Shown here: piece by piece, positions 37,774-48,438 of the stretch
Layout: each line of letters starts with the position of its first letter
Position numbering within the stretch: position 1 is the stretch's first letter
The notes under the pieces: model-generated
What the model saw: only the letters and a program-made list of their open reading frames with translations
Told to the model about the DNA's origin: nothing
Database searches by the model: none
Program-made: the position numbers and the translations under genes
Source: Alphaproteobacteria bacterium
GTDB taxonomy: Bacteria > Pseudomonadota > Alphaproteobacteria > SPJN01
NCBI GenBank assembly: GCA_049609145.1
Contig: JBMYYF010000007.1
Span: forward strand, 9,823 to 73,822
Direction of reading: 5' to 3'
Length of the DNA: 64,000 nucleotides

Positions 37774-38375
37774 TGACTCGATTAACAGCATTTGCGGTCG
37801 CGATGGCCGGCGTTTTTCTGTTGGCTGGATGTGGCAGCATCTTATCGGCCGGGCCGCAACCTGTGATCTATGGGGTAAACCCTGATATTGATGTGGCCAA
37901 GGCCAAGCGGGCCATGCCTCACCAACTCACGATTGAACAACCCATGGCCCCGCGCGCGCTGGACACAGATCGCGTGCCGATAGGCCTGAGTGATAACGCC
38001 ATTCAATTTGTGCCGAATGCACGCTTTACCGACCGCATTCCAACATTGGTGCAACGGGCCTTGGCAGCAGGCACAGAGCGTTCCGGCGCTTTTAATGCCG
38101 TTGCCCGGGAAGAATTGGGCCTGCGAACAACATTTGCGGTGGCAGGGGATCTGCGCCGCTTTGGCGTTGAAAACGGTGAGGCGATAATAGAAGTCTCAGT
38201 TGCAGTTATCGAACGACGCAAAGCAAAAATTGTGGGGCGCGAAACCTTTATCGGCAAGGCAACCATCAGCGGGCAAGACGCTGCCATGCTGGCGCGTGCC
38301 TATGAACGGGCCTTGGCAAAAGTTGTGGGGGAAGCCACGCCCTTTATTGTGCGCACAGTTCGCAATGGTGATTGA
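37770..38375 (+). CDS. ABC-transport auxiliary lipoprotein (DUF330/PqiC-like)
   Basis: Lipobox 'LLAGC'; ~200 aa; immediately follows the MCE protein with a 4-nt overlap. Confidence 0.65.
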   Translation: MMTRLTAFAVAMAGVFLLAGCGSILSAGPQPVIYGVNPDIDVAKAKRAMPHQLTIEQPMAPRALDTDRVPIGLSDNAIQFVPNARFTDRIPTLVQRALAAGTERSGAFNAVAREELGLRTTFAVAGDLRRFGVENGEAIIEVSVAVIERRKAKIVGRETFIGKATISGQDAAMLARAYERALAKVVGEATPFIVRTVRNGD

Positions 38376-38384
38376 TTTATTTAT

Positions 38385-38852
38385 TTATAGCGTCTGCGCC
38401 GCTTCCAGCACTTTTTCTACATGGCCTTTGACGCGTACCTTGCGCCAAATTTGAACAATCTTGCCTTTGCTGTCGATCAAAAAGGTTGAACGTTCAATGC
38501 CCATATAGGTGCGGCCATAGTTCTTCTTTTCAACCCACACACCATATTTTTCGCACAGGCTGCCCTCTTCATCTGAAATGAGCGTAATGCCAAGACCGTG
38601 CTTGGCTTTGAACTTATCGTGCTTGGCGACTGTGTCTTTTGAGGCACCGACAACCGTCACGCCGCATTTTTCAAATGCCGGTAAAGCGGCTGTAAACTCA
38701 ATGCCTTCGGTGGTGCAACCGGGCGTGTCATCTTTGGGATAGAAGTAGAGGACAACCGGGCCTTCCGCTTTGCGCAAGGCAAACTTTCCGTCGCCATCGG
38801 TAGGTAGGGTGAAGGCTGGGGCTTTGTCGCCAACCGAAAGTTCTTTTGCCAT
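38385..38852 (-). CDS. bcp: thiol peroxidase Bcp (peroxiredoxin Q)
   Basis: Start at ATG 38852-38850 (GGGAGA SD). 'VVLYFYPKDDTPGCTTE' peroxidatic Cys motif; 155 aa. The longer ORF-track version (to 39083) is an upstream non-coding extension. Confidence 0.8.
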   Translation of the reverse strand: MAKELSVGDKAPAFTLPTDGDGKFALRKAEGPVVLYFYPKDDTPGCTTEGIEFTAALPAFEKCGVTVVGASKDTVAKHDKFKAKHGLGITLISDEEGSLCEKYGVWVEKKNYGRTYMGIERSTFLIDSKGKIVQIWRKVRVKGHVEKVLEAAQTL

Positions 38853-38898
38853 TGTTGTCTCCCAATTAGATTTGCGGATGCATAGCATGGGCAGCCGA

Positions 38899-41814
38899 CT
38901 AGTCAAAGGATAGGTCGGGTGGCACGGCATCTTTGGAAGCGCTTGAGGGAAGTTCTCGATGAAACACGGATTGGACCCTATGTTGATAATCCAACAAGCG
39001 TTGTTCCAGCGTTTCCAATGTGTCGGCTCGGGTTGCCTTAAGCAGTAAGGTTGCGAAAGCTGGCGGTAGGCTGGCGACGTCAAACTTGCCTGTTAGGCAT
39101 AAGCGTTTCAAGCTTTGTACGGTAGTATAGAGGTCTTGCGCAGCCGCAAGGAGATCTGCATCTTCCTGCGTGAGTATACCCTGTGTTGCAAGTTGGGTAA
39201 TGGCAGTTTGGCTGTTTCGTAAATCAATTGTACCGTCTTCGTCGTGGATGAGGACTAAGGCTTGCAGCAGAAATTCGATATCGACCATGCCGCCACGCAC
39301 ATGCTTTAAGGCCCAAGGGTCGCGGGTTTTGAAATGACCATCCATACGCGCGCGCATGGCCGCCACATCACAGCGCACCTCTTTTTCGTCTCGTTGTTGG
39401 CGGTGGTTCGCGTCAATCGTTGCTGTGATGCGCGCTTCCAGCAGCGGCGCGGCGGTAATTACCCGTGCTTTCAGCAGTGCTTGCTTTTCGTATGTCCATG
39501 CCTTGCCGCCTTCACCGAAATAGGCTTCAAAGCTGTCTACGCGCGTGCATAGCGGTCCGCTATTACCTTGCGGGCGCATTCGCATATCAATTTCCACAAT
39601 ACTGCCTTCTGCAGTCGGGGCGGACATGGCCGTTACCATGCGTTGCCCAAGCCGTTGAAAATATTGGCCAGGTGACAGTGGGCGCGGGCCATCTGATTGC
39701 TTTGCGGATGTATCAAAATCATAGATAAAGATAAGATCGGCATCACTTGTGGCCGTGAGATCGCGGGTGCCGAATTTGCCCAGCGCCACAATGCCGAAAC
39801 TACCTCCCGGCAATCTGCCATGTTGTTTGGTGAAGGTGTCTTCCACATACACTTTGAGGCAACGCATGGTCGCTTCCAGGCAATTGGCCAGCGCGGCTCC
39901 GGCGCTCTGCGCGTTCATCCGCCCGGCGATTTGGCGTACACCAATCAGAAACTTGTGATCGCGATACCAGCGGCGTGCGTAGTCCAGCACTTCTTCGTAG
40001 GACCGGGCAGATGCAAGCAGGAAGGAAAGGTCGGCTTCCGCCAGTTGTTTGTTTTGCACACGTTCATCGGAATCGCTGTCTAACAGAATATCAAGTAATA
40101 CGGGCTTTCGTTCCAGCATCAGCGCCAGTTCAGGTGCAGTTGATAGTACGGCCAACAGTTCATCCAACAGCCAATCGTGGGCACGCAATAGGGTGAACAA
40201 TTGAACACCGGCGGGCAGTTGGCTCAAAAAGCCGTCAAAACGGGTAAGCGCTTTGTCACCGGCACCATGCACGGAAAACCTTTGCAATATCGTTTCGGTC
40301 ATATCTCGTGCCACAGAACGTGCCCGTTCTGAACGGAAGGCGCGATATGTGCCGGATTGCCAGCGTTCCACCATTTCCTTTACGGCGACCGGATTGGTAT
40401 AGCCCAAGCTTTCTGCAACCGCATCTGGCGCGGTTGAGACGTCGGATTTTGGTTCTGTATTTGCAAGCCCGGCATTGTCGAAAAGGGCGTCGAATGCACT
40501 GGCAATGGCTTGGCGGTGCGTTTCAAGTGTGGTTGCAAATTCTTCAATCGTGTTGAAACCCAAAAAACGGACAAGCTGCGCCAGTTGCGGTTGTTGTCCC
40601 GGTAGAGTTTGGGTTTGCTCGTCTTGCACCATTTGCAGGCGATGTTCGACTTGGCGCAGGAAAACATAGGCTGCTGCCAGTGCTTCGGCTGTGGTGTGTT
40701 CGACAAATCCGTGATCTTGCAGTGCATTTAGGCCGTCCAGCGTTGCAGCGCGCCGTAAATGACGTTCACGCCCACCATGGATCAGTTGCTGTGCCTGTAC
40801 AAAAAATTCGGCTTCACGAATGCCCCCACGTCCCAGTTTCACGTTAACTCCGGCAGGCGGTGTTGCGGGCTCGCGCCGCGCTGAACGGATTTGTCTGGTT
40901 ACATTCATCACGTCATCCAAAGCGGCGAAATCAAGATTGCCGCGCCAGACAAAGGGGCGAATTTCTTTTAGAAAAGCAGCGCCAAGGCCAATATCCCCGG
41001 CAACGGGGCGCGCTTTGATCATGGCGGATCGTTCCCATGTTTCCCCGGTGCTTTCATAGTAAGCCGTTGCGGCAGCAAGAGGCAGTGCGGGAGCCGTCAT
41101 CGAAGCGTCCGGCCGCAACCGAAGGTCGACGCGGAATACATATCCATCGCCGGTGCGTTCTTGCAACAAATGCGACAGGTCTTTCGCGAAGCGGACAAAA
41201 AACTGTTGGGCATCTTTTCGGCCTAGATAGGGCGCGCCTTTGTGATCAAACAGAATAATCAGGTCGATATCGCTGGAATAATTAAGTTCATGCGCGCCAA
41301 ATTTTCCCATTGCGAGTATTACCAACCCAGACCCCTGCGCTGGGGTGGTTATGTCGGGTAGGGCCAGTTCGTCTTTTAGGGCCGCACGGCGCAGCAGGAA
41401 ATTGGTAGCGGCCTGAACCGCTTTGTCTGCAAAGCTGCTGAGATACCCTGCCGCCTCCATAACCGACCAGTGGCCGCTAATATCTTGCAGCGCACAAAGC
41501 AGGGCAAAGCGTGTGCGGGCCTCACGCAACTTGGAGGATACGGTTGTCATATCTTCTGCGCCATCAACTTGGGCCAGAAGGTTTTGAATATGCGCGTGCG
41601 CCTGATCCCCCTGCCCAGCGGTAATTTGGTATGCAAAATCGGGCCATTTCTCTATCAGCGTTGCCAAGAAGGGGCTGGCAATCATTGTAGAGGCAATGAG
41701 GTGCTGGCTGCGCTCATCCATCTTTTTGCCGTGATTGCCCATCCAATCCATAACCCGTGGGGGAAGATCGCCTAATTCGGGCCGAACTGGTATAAATGAT
41801 AGCTTGCTAGCCAT
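38899..41814 (-). CDS. glnE: bifunctional glutamine synthetase adenylyltransferase/adenylyl-removing enzyme
   Basis: 971 aa with two nucleotidyltransferase modules ('SDIDLIILFD' and 'SDADLIFIYD' GS-ATase signatures). Confidence 0.85.
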   Translation of the reverse strand: MASKLSFIPVRPELGDLPPRVMDWMGNHGKKMDERSQHLIASTMIASPFLATLIEKWPDFAYQITAGQGDQAHAHIQNLLAQVDGAEDMTTVSSKLREARTRFALLCALQDISGHWSVMEAAGYLSSFADKAVQAATNFLLRRAALKDELALPDITTPAQGSGLVILAMGKFGAHELNYSSDIDLIILFDHKGAPYLGRKDAQQFFVRFAKDLSHLLQERTGDGYVFRVDLRLRPDASMTAPALPLAAATAYYESTGETWERSAMIKARPVAGDIGLGAAFLKEIRPFVWRGNLDFAALDDVMNVTRQIRSARREPATPPAGVNVKLGRGGIREAEFFVQAQQLIHGGRERHLRRAATLDGLNALQDHGFVEHTTAEALAAAYVFLRQVEHRLQMVQDEQTQTLPGQQPQLAQLVRFLGFNTIEEFATTLETHRQAIASAFDALFDNAGLANTEPKSDVSTAPDAVAESLGYTNPVAVKEMVERWQSGTYRAFRSERARSVARDMTETILQRFSVHGAGDKALTRFDGFLSQLPAGVQLFTLLRAHDWLLDELLAVLSTAPELALMLERKPVLLDILLDSDSDERVQNKQLAEADLSFLLASARSYEEVLDYARRWYRDHKFLIGVRQIAGRMNAQSAGAALANCLEATMRCLKVYVEDTFTKQHGRLPGGSFGIVALGKFGTRDLTATSDADLIFIYDFDTSAKQSDGPRPLSPGQYFQRLGQRMVTAMSAPTAEGSIVEIDMRMRPQGNSGPLCTRVDSFEAYFGEGGKAWTYEKQALLKARVITAAPLLEARITATIDANHRQQRDEKEVRCDVAAMRARMDGHFKTRDPWALKHVRGGMVDIEFLLQALVLIHDEDGTIDLRNSQTAITQLATQGILTQEDADLLAAAQDLYTTVQSLKRLCLTGKFDVASLPPAFATLLLKATRADTLETLEQRLLDYQHRVQSVFHRELPSSASKDAVPPDLSFD

Positions 41815-41857
41815 AGAATTTTTTAACCATAAGAGACATAATGGATACTAAACAGGG

Positions 41858-44800
41858 ATGCAGCTTAGCGTCTCCCAACCAATGGTAAAGAGTTCAGGCT
41901 TGCTCAAGCGCATTTTTCGATTTGTGATCGGTTTTGTGGCCGCAACCGTCGCCGCCATCGCGTTTGGCGTGATGTGGTTGGCGTTTGAGGTGTCGTCTGG
42001 CCCGGTCCGGCTCGGGCCGCTTACGCCCATTTTGGCAGATCAGCTTTCGCGAGGCCTTAAGCCCTATGATCTGCAGATCGAGAATGCGGAAATTATTTGG
42101 GACACAACGCAAAGGGAGATTGATCTCACGCTCAATGCGTTGAGTGTTCAGGATGATGCGGGACAAACGGTGCTTTCATTGCCGCGGGCATCGCTTGGTT
42201 TCGATTTGACGGAAGCCATTGCAGGCCGAGTTGCCCCCACATATTTAATTGTGCCAGACGCCTCGCTACGGGTGATCCGCGACAGAGAAGGCCGGTTTGC
42301 GACTGGTTTTGCAGGCGTTGAGGTTGATACAGCACCCGATCAAGACAGTGACGGTGATCCCCTTGCAGGCTTGCTTGGGCCGCTTGGTGGCGGAGGTGTA
42401 GCAGGCTGGCTGCGCCGGATAGATTTGGAACGCGCCGTCGTCACCTACGAAGATCAGCTTAATGGCAAGACGCTGAAAACGCGCTCCACGACGATACGCC
42501 TACAGCGCGCAGTGGACGGCACCATCAATCTAGCGGCTGATACGGTTATTGAAACCGCAGAAGGGGCGGCATGGCCCATCTCTGCACAGGTCTCCAGGGC
42601 GACAGGCGCCGATAATCTGACGGCAAACCTCAACGTATCTGGGGCATCTTTGGCCGTGCTGGCCACACATATTCCCGAACTGTCCTTTATGGAAGTAGTG
42701 GACATGCCGCTTGAGGGGCAGGTGGTGATGGAACTTGATCGCAATGGCTTGCCCACCTTTGCCGGTATTGCTGCGCAGCTTGGGGCCGGGCAAATGGTTT
42801 TGCCGGATTTTTACGACAAGCCACTAAAGGTAGATCGCGCGCGCATAGCTGTGGAGGTTGATGTTGCCGCCCAGAAGGTTGAAATCCAAACACTGCTCAT
42901 TAACCGCGGGCCGTTTCGTTTTGGGTTTAAGGGGGCGGTTCACAATGACAGTGCCGGGATTGGCGTGAAGGGGTTTGGAGGCTTCGAGGGATTGAATATT
43001 GATACCCTAAAGCAGCTTTGGCCACGCGGTGCAGCAGAAGGTGCGCGGACATGGGTTCAACAAAATATGCTGGGTGGCGACATCTCCAATGCGCGCTTAC
43101 GTCTTGATATTCCACCCGGTGCGCTGGAGGGGCGTGTGCCGCTTGCCGCCGATGCGATTGACCTGACGTTTGATCTTTCGCAAACAGAGGCGTTTTATGT
43201 CCGATCGATGCCGCCTATGCGTGAAGGGCAGGCCAAGGCGCATCTCACGGGGCAGAAATTTACGATCAAGATAGATAGCGCGAACATCGACACACTCAAA
43301 ATATCAGACGCGCGTTTTACAATTCCTGATTTGGCGGCCAAACCCACATTGGGCGATGCCGAGCTGGTACTACGTGGATCGGTGGCGGATATACTCTGGC
43401 TTATTGATCATGAACCGCTGGGCTACCCCACAAAACTTGGATTGCTGCCAGAAAGCTTTTCAGGGCGCGGGGCCGCTCGTGTGCGCATTTCGCTGCCCTT
43501 GGTCAAAGACTTATTGATGGATGACTTGTCTTTGGGCGTTGCCGCCAAGGTAGAGGGGGTGGACCTGCCCCCTTTGGTGAATGGGTTTGATCTGACCGAT
43601 GCAGATATGACCCTTTCTGTCACCGGGCAAGGGCTGCACGGGCAGGGCACCATCAATGTAAACGGCATCGAGGTGGCCGCGCAATGGCAGGAGCGCTTCA
43701 CGGAGCAGCCGGAAGCGAAAACGCCCCCCAGCCTATTCCAGGGCCATGTAATAACCTCAATGGCAGATCGTTCGGCATTGTTAAAGAACCTGAATGTTGA
43801 TTTTTCGCCCTATTTGAACGGAAGCGTGCCGCTGGATGTGAGTATTGGGCTGCGCGGCGGGAAGCTCGCTTTCATTGATTTGGATATGCAGCTTGCGCAG
43901 GCCAGCCTGTCAATTCCCCAACTGGCCCACGAATTTGGGGTGGGGGCCGCTTTGCAGGGGCAGGCCCGCCTGCGTTTGCCGGAGGTAGGGGGCATGGTGA
44001 TTGAGGGATTTGAACTGGAAGGCGAAGGTCTATCAGCCCGCGCTGATCTTACTTTGAATGACAAATACCAAATCAGCCAGTTGGTGTTAGAAGCCAAACA
44101 ACTGCCGGAGCTTGCGCAAAATATCGTTTTGACAATCAAGCCGGATGTAGAAGGCTCCCAGATTTCGCTGATCGGGCAGGCAGCTTGGTTGAATGGCTTG
44201 GGCGAAGGTGAAGAAGGCTCGGAACAGGAAGAAGAAGGAGATGGGTTGCTGATTGCACCCTTGGCCCTGAATGCAGAGCTATCAACCTTCACCCTTTTCA
44301 AGAAACTGGTGCTGAATGAATTTTCAGCCGCTCTCAAAATTGATGATGGCGACCTGATCCAGCAACTGGATATGAGCGGTAGTCACGCAGGGTCTGCAAA
44401 ACCGGTTAAGGCGCGTATGGCAGAACGTGGCGCAAGCCTTGCCAGCGTGCGCGAGGTGCGGATATTATCAGAAGATGCCGGGGCCTTCATGCCGTTGACG
44501 GGCATTGTCGATCAGGCAGAAGGTGGTACGCTGGCTGCGCAAATATATCTTAGTGATGATGATAAGCCAATCAGCGGCGAAATTGTTGTGCGTGATGTTC
44601 GCCTCAAAAAAGCGCCGCCTGTTGTTAGTGTTCTGAACTTTGGTTCCTTTGTCGGCATTGCTGATAGTTTTGCTGATAGGGGCATGTTGTTCACCAACAT
44701 TACCGCCCCGTTTACGATGCACGAAGGCGAAATCACCTTGCGAAATGCTGTGGCGGTTGGCCCGTCATTGGGGGTACATAGTTCGGGCGTAGTCGATTTG

Positions 44801-45082
44801 GGGCAAGACCGCCTCAACCTTGCTGGCACAATCACACCGGCTTACTCGCTAAACTCTTTCCTCGGGCTGATCCCCGGAATCGGTGAAATGATCGTTGGTG
44901 GCGAAGGGCAGGGCCTGTTCGCCGCACGGTTTGAAGTAAGCGGCGAGTTTTCCGAACCCAAAGTCTCGGTCAACGCGCTATCGGCGCTTACACCCGGCTT
45001 TTTGCGCAATTTGTTTGTGCCGGAAAAAGACCCCGTATCCGAAGCACCATCAGGGAACAAGGCAGCTAAGCCAAACGAATAA
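41858..45082 (+). CDS. AsmA-family / YhdP-like large envelope protein (N-terminal TM anchor, DUF3971-like repeats)
   Basis: 1074 aa, single N-terminal TM helix ([22 protein letters not shown]), long beta-rich periplasmic region, C-terminal 'AsmA-like C-terminal' style segment. Alternative start at ATG 41882. Confidence 0.6.
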   Translation: MQLSVSQPMVKSSGLLKRIFRFVIGFVAATVAAIAFGVMWLAFEVSSGPVRLGPLTPILADQLSRGLKPYDLQIENAEIIWDTTQREIDLTLNALSVQDDAGQTVLSLPRASLGFDLTEAIAGRVAPTYLIVPDASLRVIRDREGRFATGFAGVEVDTAPDQDSDGDPLAGLLGPLGGGGVAGWLRRIDLERAVVTYEDQLNGKTLKTRSTTIRLQRAVDGTINLAADTVIETAEGAAWPISAQVSRATGADNLTANLNVSGASLAVLATHIPELSFMEVVDMPLEGQVVMELDRNGLPTFAGIAAQLGAGQMVLPDFYDKPLKVDRARIAVEVDVAAQKVEIQTLLINRGPFRFGFKGAVHNDSAGIGVKGFGGFEGLNIDTLKQLWPRGAAEGARTWVQQNMLGGDISNARLRLDIPPGALEGRVPLAADAIDLTFDLSQTEAFYVRSMPPMREGQAKAHLTGQKFTIKIDSANIDTLKISDARFTIPDLAAKPTLGDAELVLRGSVADILWLIDHEPLGYPTKLGLLPESFSGRGAARVRISLPLVKDLLMDDLSLGVAAKVEGVDLPPLVNGFDLTDADMTLSVTGQGLHGQGTINVNGIEVAAQWQERFTEQPEAKTPPSLFQGHVITSMADRSALLKNLNVDFSPYLNGSVPLDVSIGLRGGKLAFIDLDMQLAQASLSIPQLAHEFGVGAALQGQARLRLPEVGGMVIEGFELEGEGLSARADLTLNDKYQISQLVLEAKQLPELAQNIVLTIKPDVEGSQISLIGQAAWLNGLGEGEEGSEQEEEGDGLLIAPLALNAELSTFTLFKKLVLNEFSAALKIDDGDLIQQLDMSGSHAGSAKPVKARMAERGASLASVREVRILSEDAGAFMPLTGIVDQAEGGTLAAQIYLSDDDKPISGEIVVRDVRLKKAPPVVSVLNFGSFVGIADSFADRGMLFTNITAPFTMHEGEITLRNAVAVGPSLGVHSSGVVDLGQDRLNLAGTITPAYSLNSFLGLIPGIGEMIVGGEGQGLFAARFEVSGEFSEPKVSVNALSALTPGFLRNLFVPEKDPVSEAPSGNKAAKPNE

Positions 45083-46331
45083 GTGCGTGACGCTTCTTCC
45101 CGGCGGAAATTTTTGCTGCGCCGTCATTTACCAAATCGGCTTCGGTAATTTTTTGGGTGTCATCCGCAACGGGTTTGTCATTCAGCTTTGCGCCGTTTTG
45201 TTTCAACAGGCGACGGAATTCTCCGTTGGAGGCAGCAAGACCAGCTTCCTTAAAGGCGTCAAGAACGGGCAGGCCCTCGGCCAACACGCTTGCTGAAACT
45301 TCAATCGTTGGCAAATCACCGCCGGCACCACCTTGCTCAAATGTCTTTTTGGCCGTAGCAGCGGCTGCTTGTGCGGCCTCGCGCCCATGGCACAGCGCCG
45401 TTGTTTCATTGGCTAGGACGATTTTGGCGTTGTTGATTTCAGCACCTTCAAGGGCTTCCAGCTTGGCGATTTCATCCAATGGTAAATCGGTGAACAGCTT
45501 TAGGAAACGGCCAACATCGGCATCTTCTGTATTGCGCCAAAACTGCCAATAGTCGTAGGGGCTTAGCATGTCTGCGTTCAGCCACATGGCACCATCTGCT
45601 GTCTTGCCCATTTTTGCGCCAGAGGCTGTTGTGATCAGCGGCGTGGTCAGACCGTATGTTTGCGCGCCATCCATCCGGCGGGAAAGTTCTACGCCGTTAA
45701 CGATATTGCCCCATTGGTCCGATCCGCCCATTTGTAAGGTGCAATTGTTGCGACGATTCAATTCTACAAAATCGTAGCCTTGAAAGATCATGTAGTTGAA
45801 CTCAAGGAATGTGAGCGGCTGCTCGCGGTCCAAACGCAATTTGACGGAGTCAAAACTCAACATACGGTTGATCGTGAAATGACGCCCCACATCGCGTAGA
45901 AAATCGACATAGTTCAAATCCAGCAACCAATCGGCGTTGTCCACCATGATGGCGTCGGTCGGGCCGTCACCAAACGTCAGATAGCGGTCGAACACTTTGC
46001 GAATGCTGGCTTTGTTGGCCTCGATCTGTTCGTCGTTCAATAGCTGGCGTTGTTCATCCTTGCCGGAAGGGTCGCCAATGCGGGTGGTCGCGCCACCCAA
46101 CAAAACGATCGGCTTGTGGCCCGCCTGCTGTAAGCGGCGTAGCATCATGATTGTTGCCATGTTGCCAATATGCAGGGAAGGGGCGGTCAGGTCATAGCCC
46201 GCATATGCCGTAATCACGCCTTCGGTTGCGGCCTTATCCAATGCTTCCATATCGGTGCATTGGTGAATATGGCCACGCTGTTCCATCACGGTCAAAAACT
46301 CTGATTTGTGAGCGGATGATTGCGCTGACAT
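45066..46331 (-). CDS. tyrS: tyrosine--tRNA ligase
   Basis: 'HIGN' (HIGH motif), 'KMGKT' (KMSKS motif), C-terminal S4-like domain. 421 aa. Confidence 0.85.
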   Translation of the reverse strand: MSAQSSAHKSEFLTVMEQRGHIHQCTDMEALDKAATEGVITAYAGYDLTAPSLHIGNMATIMMLRRLQQAGHKPIVLLGGATTRIGDPSGKDEQRQLLNDEQIEANKASIRKVFDRYLTFGDGPTDAIMVDNADWLLDLNYVDFLRDVGRHFTINRMLSFDSVKLRLDREQPLTFLEFNYMIFQGYDFVELNRRNNCTLQMGGSDQWGNIVNGVELSRRMDGAQTYGLTTPLITTASGAKMGKTADGAMWLNADMLSPYDYWQFWRNTEDADVGRFLKLFTDLPLDEIAKLEALEGAEINNAKIVLANETTALCHGREAAQAAAATAKKTFEQGGAGGDLPTIEVSASVLAEGLPVLDAFKEAGLAASNGEFRRLLKQNGAKLNDKPVADDTQKITEADLVNDGAAKISAGKKRHALIRLA

Positions 46332-46397
46332 GGCTTGCTCTTTCTTTGGCTTTCAGTAAGTGTGAACGCTGTATCATGTCGGTGGCAAGAGGCAAGC

Positions 46398-47531
46398 GTG
46401 ACCCAAGGGCACAGTAAAGAAATAGTTCTGGGGTTTATGAGTGGCACATCGCTGGATGGCGTGGATGCGGCGCTGATCGAAACCGATGGTGTGGCCCATG
46501 TGAAAATCGGGCCAAGTGCCAGCCAACCCTACAGTGATGAAGCGCGGAAGGTATTGCGTACCGCTGTTGATGCCGCATTGGCGGATCCCGCAGCTTGTTT
46601 GGGGGCAAAGGCGCGTGAAGCCGCGAATGTGGTGACCCAGGCGCATATCGTGCTCGGTAATCAGCTAATCAACTCTGCTGGGCAAGAATGGCAGCCCAGC
46701 CTTGTAGGCTTTCATGGGCAGACTGTTTTGCACCGCCCGGCAGAGCGCTTTACCTGTCAGATTGGGGATGGTGCAGCACTGGCTGCCGGGCTTGATCTGC
46801 CCGTCGTTTTCGATTTTCGCAGCGCCGATGTGGCGGCAGGCGGGCAGGGCGCGCCGCTGGCGCCGCTTTATCATGCAGCTTTAGTGGCGTCCGCAGGTTT
46901 GGGCGATGGGTCAATCGGCATACTCAATCTGGGTGGGGTGGCGAATATCACCATATTACAATCGGCTGATGTAATATCGTCCCAGCGATGGGAAGATATT
47001 TGTGCCTTCGACACGGGGCCAGCCAACGGTTTGTTGGATGACTGGATTGAGCGCCACGGCGCTGGGCGGTTCGACGAGGGAGGCAAAATCGCCGCAAACG
47101 GGCAGGTAAATCATGCGGCGCTGGAGGCAATGATGGAGCACAGCTATTTCTCAACACCAGCGCCTAAGTCATTGGATAGGTTTGATTTTTCGATCTCACC
47201 AGTTGAGCAACTTTCACTTGCAGATGGCGCGGCAACCTTGACTGCCTTTACCGCCAAATCAATCGCGGCCGGGTTTGAATTGGTGGGTGCGCGGCCCAAG
47301 CAGATCATCGCCACGGGCGGCGGTCGATTGAACGACACGATGGGCCAAATGATTGAACAGATGACGGGCTGTCCGGTTGTGCGGGCAGAGGTGTTGGGCT
47401 GGGACGGGGATGCGTTGGAAGCACAGGCATTTGCCTATTTGGCTAAACGCGCCAAAGAAAAAATGCCGTTGTCGGTGCCCGGCACAACGGGTGCGCCGGA
47501 GCCGATTTGTGGTGGAATTACAGTCGCTTAG
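46398..47531 (+). CDS. anmK: anhydro-N-acetylmuramic acid kinase
   Basis: 'LGFMSGTSLDGVDAALIETDG' N-terminal signature. Start is either GTG 46398 or ATG 46437. The ORF-track start at 46335 is unlikely. Confidence 0.8.
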   Translation: MTQGHSKEIVLGFMSGTSLDGVDAALIETDGVAHVKIGPSASQPYSDEARKVLRTAVDAALADPAACLGAKAREAANVVTQAHIVLGNQLINSAGQEWQPSLVGFHGQTVLHRPAERFTCQIGDGAALAAGLDLPVVFDFRSADVAAGGQGAPLAPLYHAALVASAGLGDGSIGILNLGGVANITILQSADVISSQRWEDICAFDTGPANGLLDDWIERHGAGRFDEGGKIAANGQVNHAALEAMMEHSYFSTPAPKSLDRFDFSISPVEQLSLADGAATLTAFTAKSIAAGFELVGARPKQIIATGGGRLNDTMGQMIEQMTGCPVVRAEVLGWDGDALEAQAFAYLAKRAKEKMPLSVPGTTGAPEPICGGITVA

Positions 47532-48190
47532 CGGCCTGCTTCTTCATCAACTCGCTTCATGTGAATGTCCAGATAATTATTCAGCACCTCGGTCAATTCA
47601 TCCAGCTTGCCTTCAAAGAAGTGATTGGTGCCATCAATCAACGCATGGTCGATCACGATATCCTTTTGGGCGGTGAGCCGATCGGCCAAGGCGCGTGCAT
47701 CCTCATGCGGCACCACCTTGTCTTCAGTGCCTGAAACGAACAGACCGGAGGACGGGCAGGGGGCGAGGAAGGTAAAGTCATACAAATTGGCAGGCGGCGC
47801 GATGGACAAAAAACCGCTGATTTCCGGGCGTCTCATCAAGAGTTGCATACCAATCCACGCGCCGAAGGAAAATCCGGTGATCCAGCATTGGCGCGCATTT
47901 GGGTTTTCGCCTTGCAGCCAATCAAGCGCGGAGGCGGCATCGGAAAGCTCGCCGACGCCTTCATCAAACTCGGCTTGAGATCGCCCTACACCCCTGAAAT
48001 TAAAGCGTAAAACGGAAAAGCCGCGCTTTACGAACATTTGATAAGCTTGGAAAACCACCTTGTTGTTCATGGTGCCGCCAAGGGCCGGATGGGGATGAAG
48101 CACCATGGCGATCGGCGGATTTTCGCCCTTTCCGCGCTGATAACGACCTTCTAGGCGCCCATCAGGACCGGGAAAAATGATCTCAGGCAT
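47528..48190 (-). CDS. alpha/beta hydrolase fold protein (dienelactone-hydrolase/YqiA-like, ~220 aa)
   Basis: Start at ATG 48190-48188 (MPEIIFPGPDG...). 'ITGFSFGAWIG' nucleophile elbow (GxSxG), downstream Asp/His candidates. Confidence 0.65.
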   Translation of the reverse strand: MPEIIFPGPDGRLEGRYQRGKGENPPIAMVLHPHPALGGTMNNKVVFQAYQMFVKRGFSVLRFNFRGVGRSQAEFDEGVGELSDAASALDWLQGENPNARQCWITGFSFGAWIGMQLLMRRPEISGFLSIAPPANLYDFTFLAPCPSSGLFVSGTEDKVVPHEDARALADRLTAQKDIVIDHALIDGTNHFFEGKLDELTEVLNNYLDIHMKRVDEEAGR

Positions 48191-48301
48191 GGCAAAACTC
48201 CGGCGATTTAAACTCACCCAAAAAGGTAAGTTGTTCAGGTTTTCCAGTTGAAAAACCCACAAAATATGAGGTTTCAGGTGCGTTGTTCCTTAAACTTGAC
48301 T

Positions 48302-48316
48302 AAACTAGTCTAGTTT
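48302..48316. promoter_or_regulatory. near-perfect 15-bp palindrome AAACTAG-T-CTAGTTT embedded in cttGACTAAACTAGTCtag (IscR type-1-like GACT-N5-AGTC core); candidate Rrf2/IscR operator
   Basis: Seen directly, ~120 nt upstream of the Rrf2 regulator gene that heads the suf operon and ~110 nt upstream of the divergent hydrolase gene. Confidence 0.4.
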
Positions 48317-48438
48317 AATATGACCCAACATGAATTGAGCCGGATATATACCCAACGGCTCACCCAAAACCCAAGAGGCGAAAAGGCGCAGGCCCCGTAC
48401 AGCGGGCCACCATTTTTGCCGCCAGCAGGACGGATGCA

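Noticed and set aside
38853-39083. N-terminal extension of bcp overlapping the glnE 3' end
   Set aside because: The ATG at 38852 has a GGGAGA SD and yields a standard 155-aa Bcp. The extension is Cys/Trp/Pro-rich and would overlap glnE.
46335-46397. Upstream extension of anmK (ORF-track start at 46335)
   Set aside because: The extension ([21 protein letters not shown]...) is hydrophobic and unlike any AnmK N-terminus. The conserved 'MSGTSLDG' begins at 46437, with a possible GTG at 46398.
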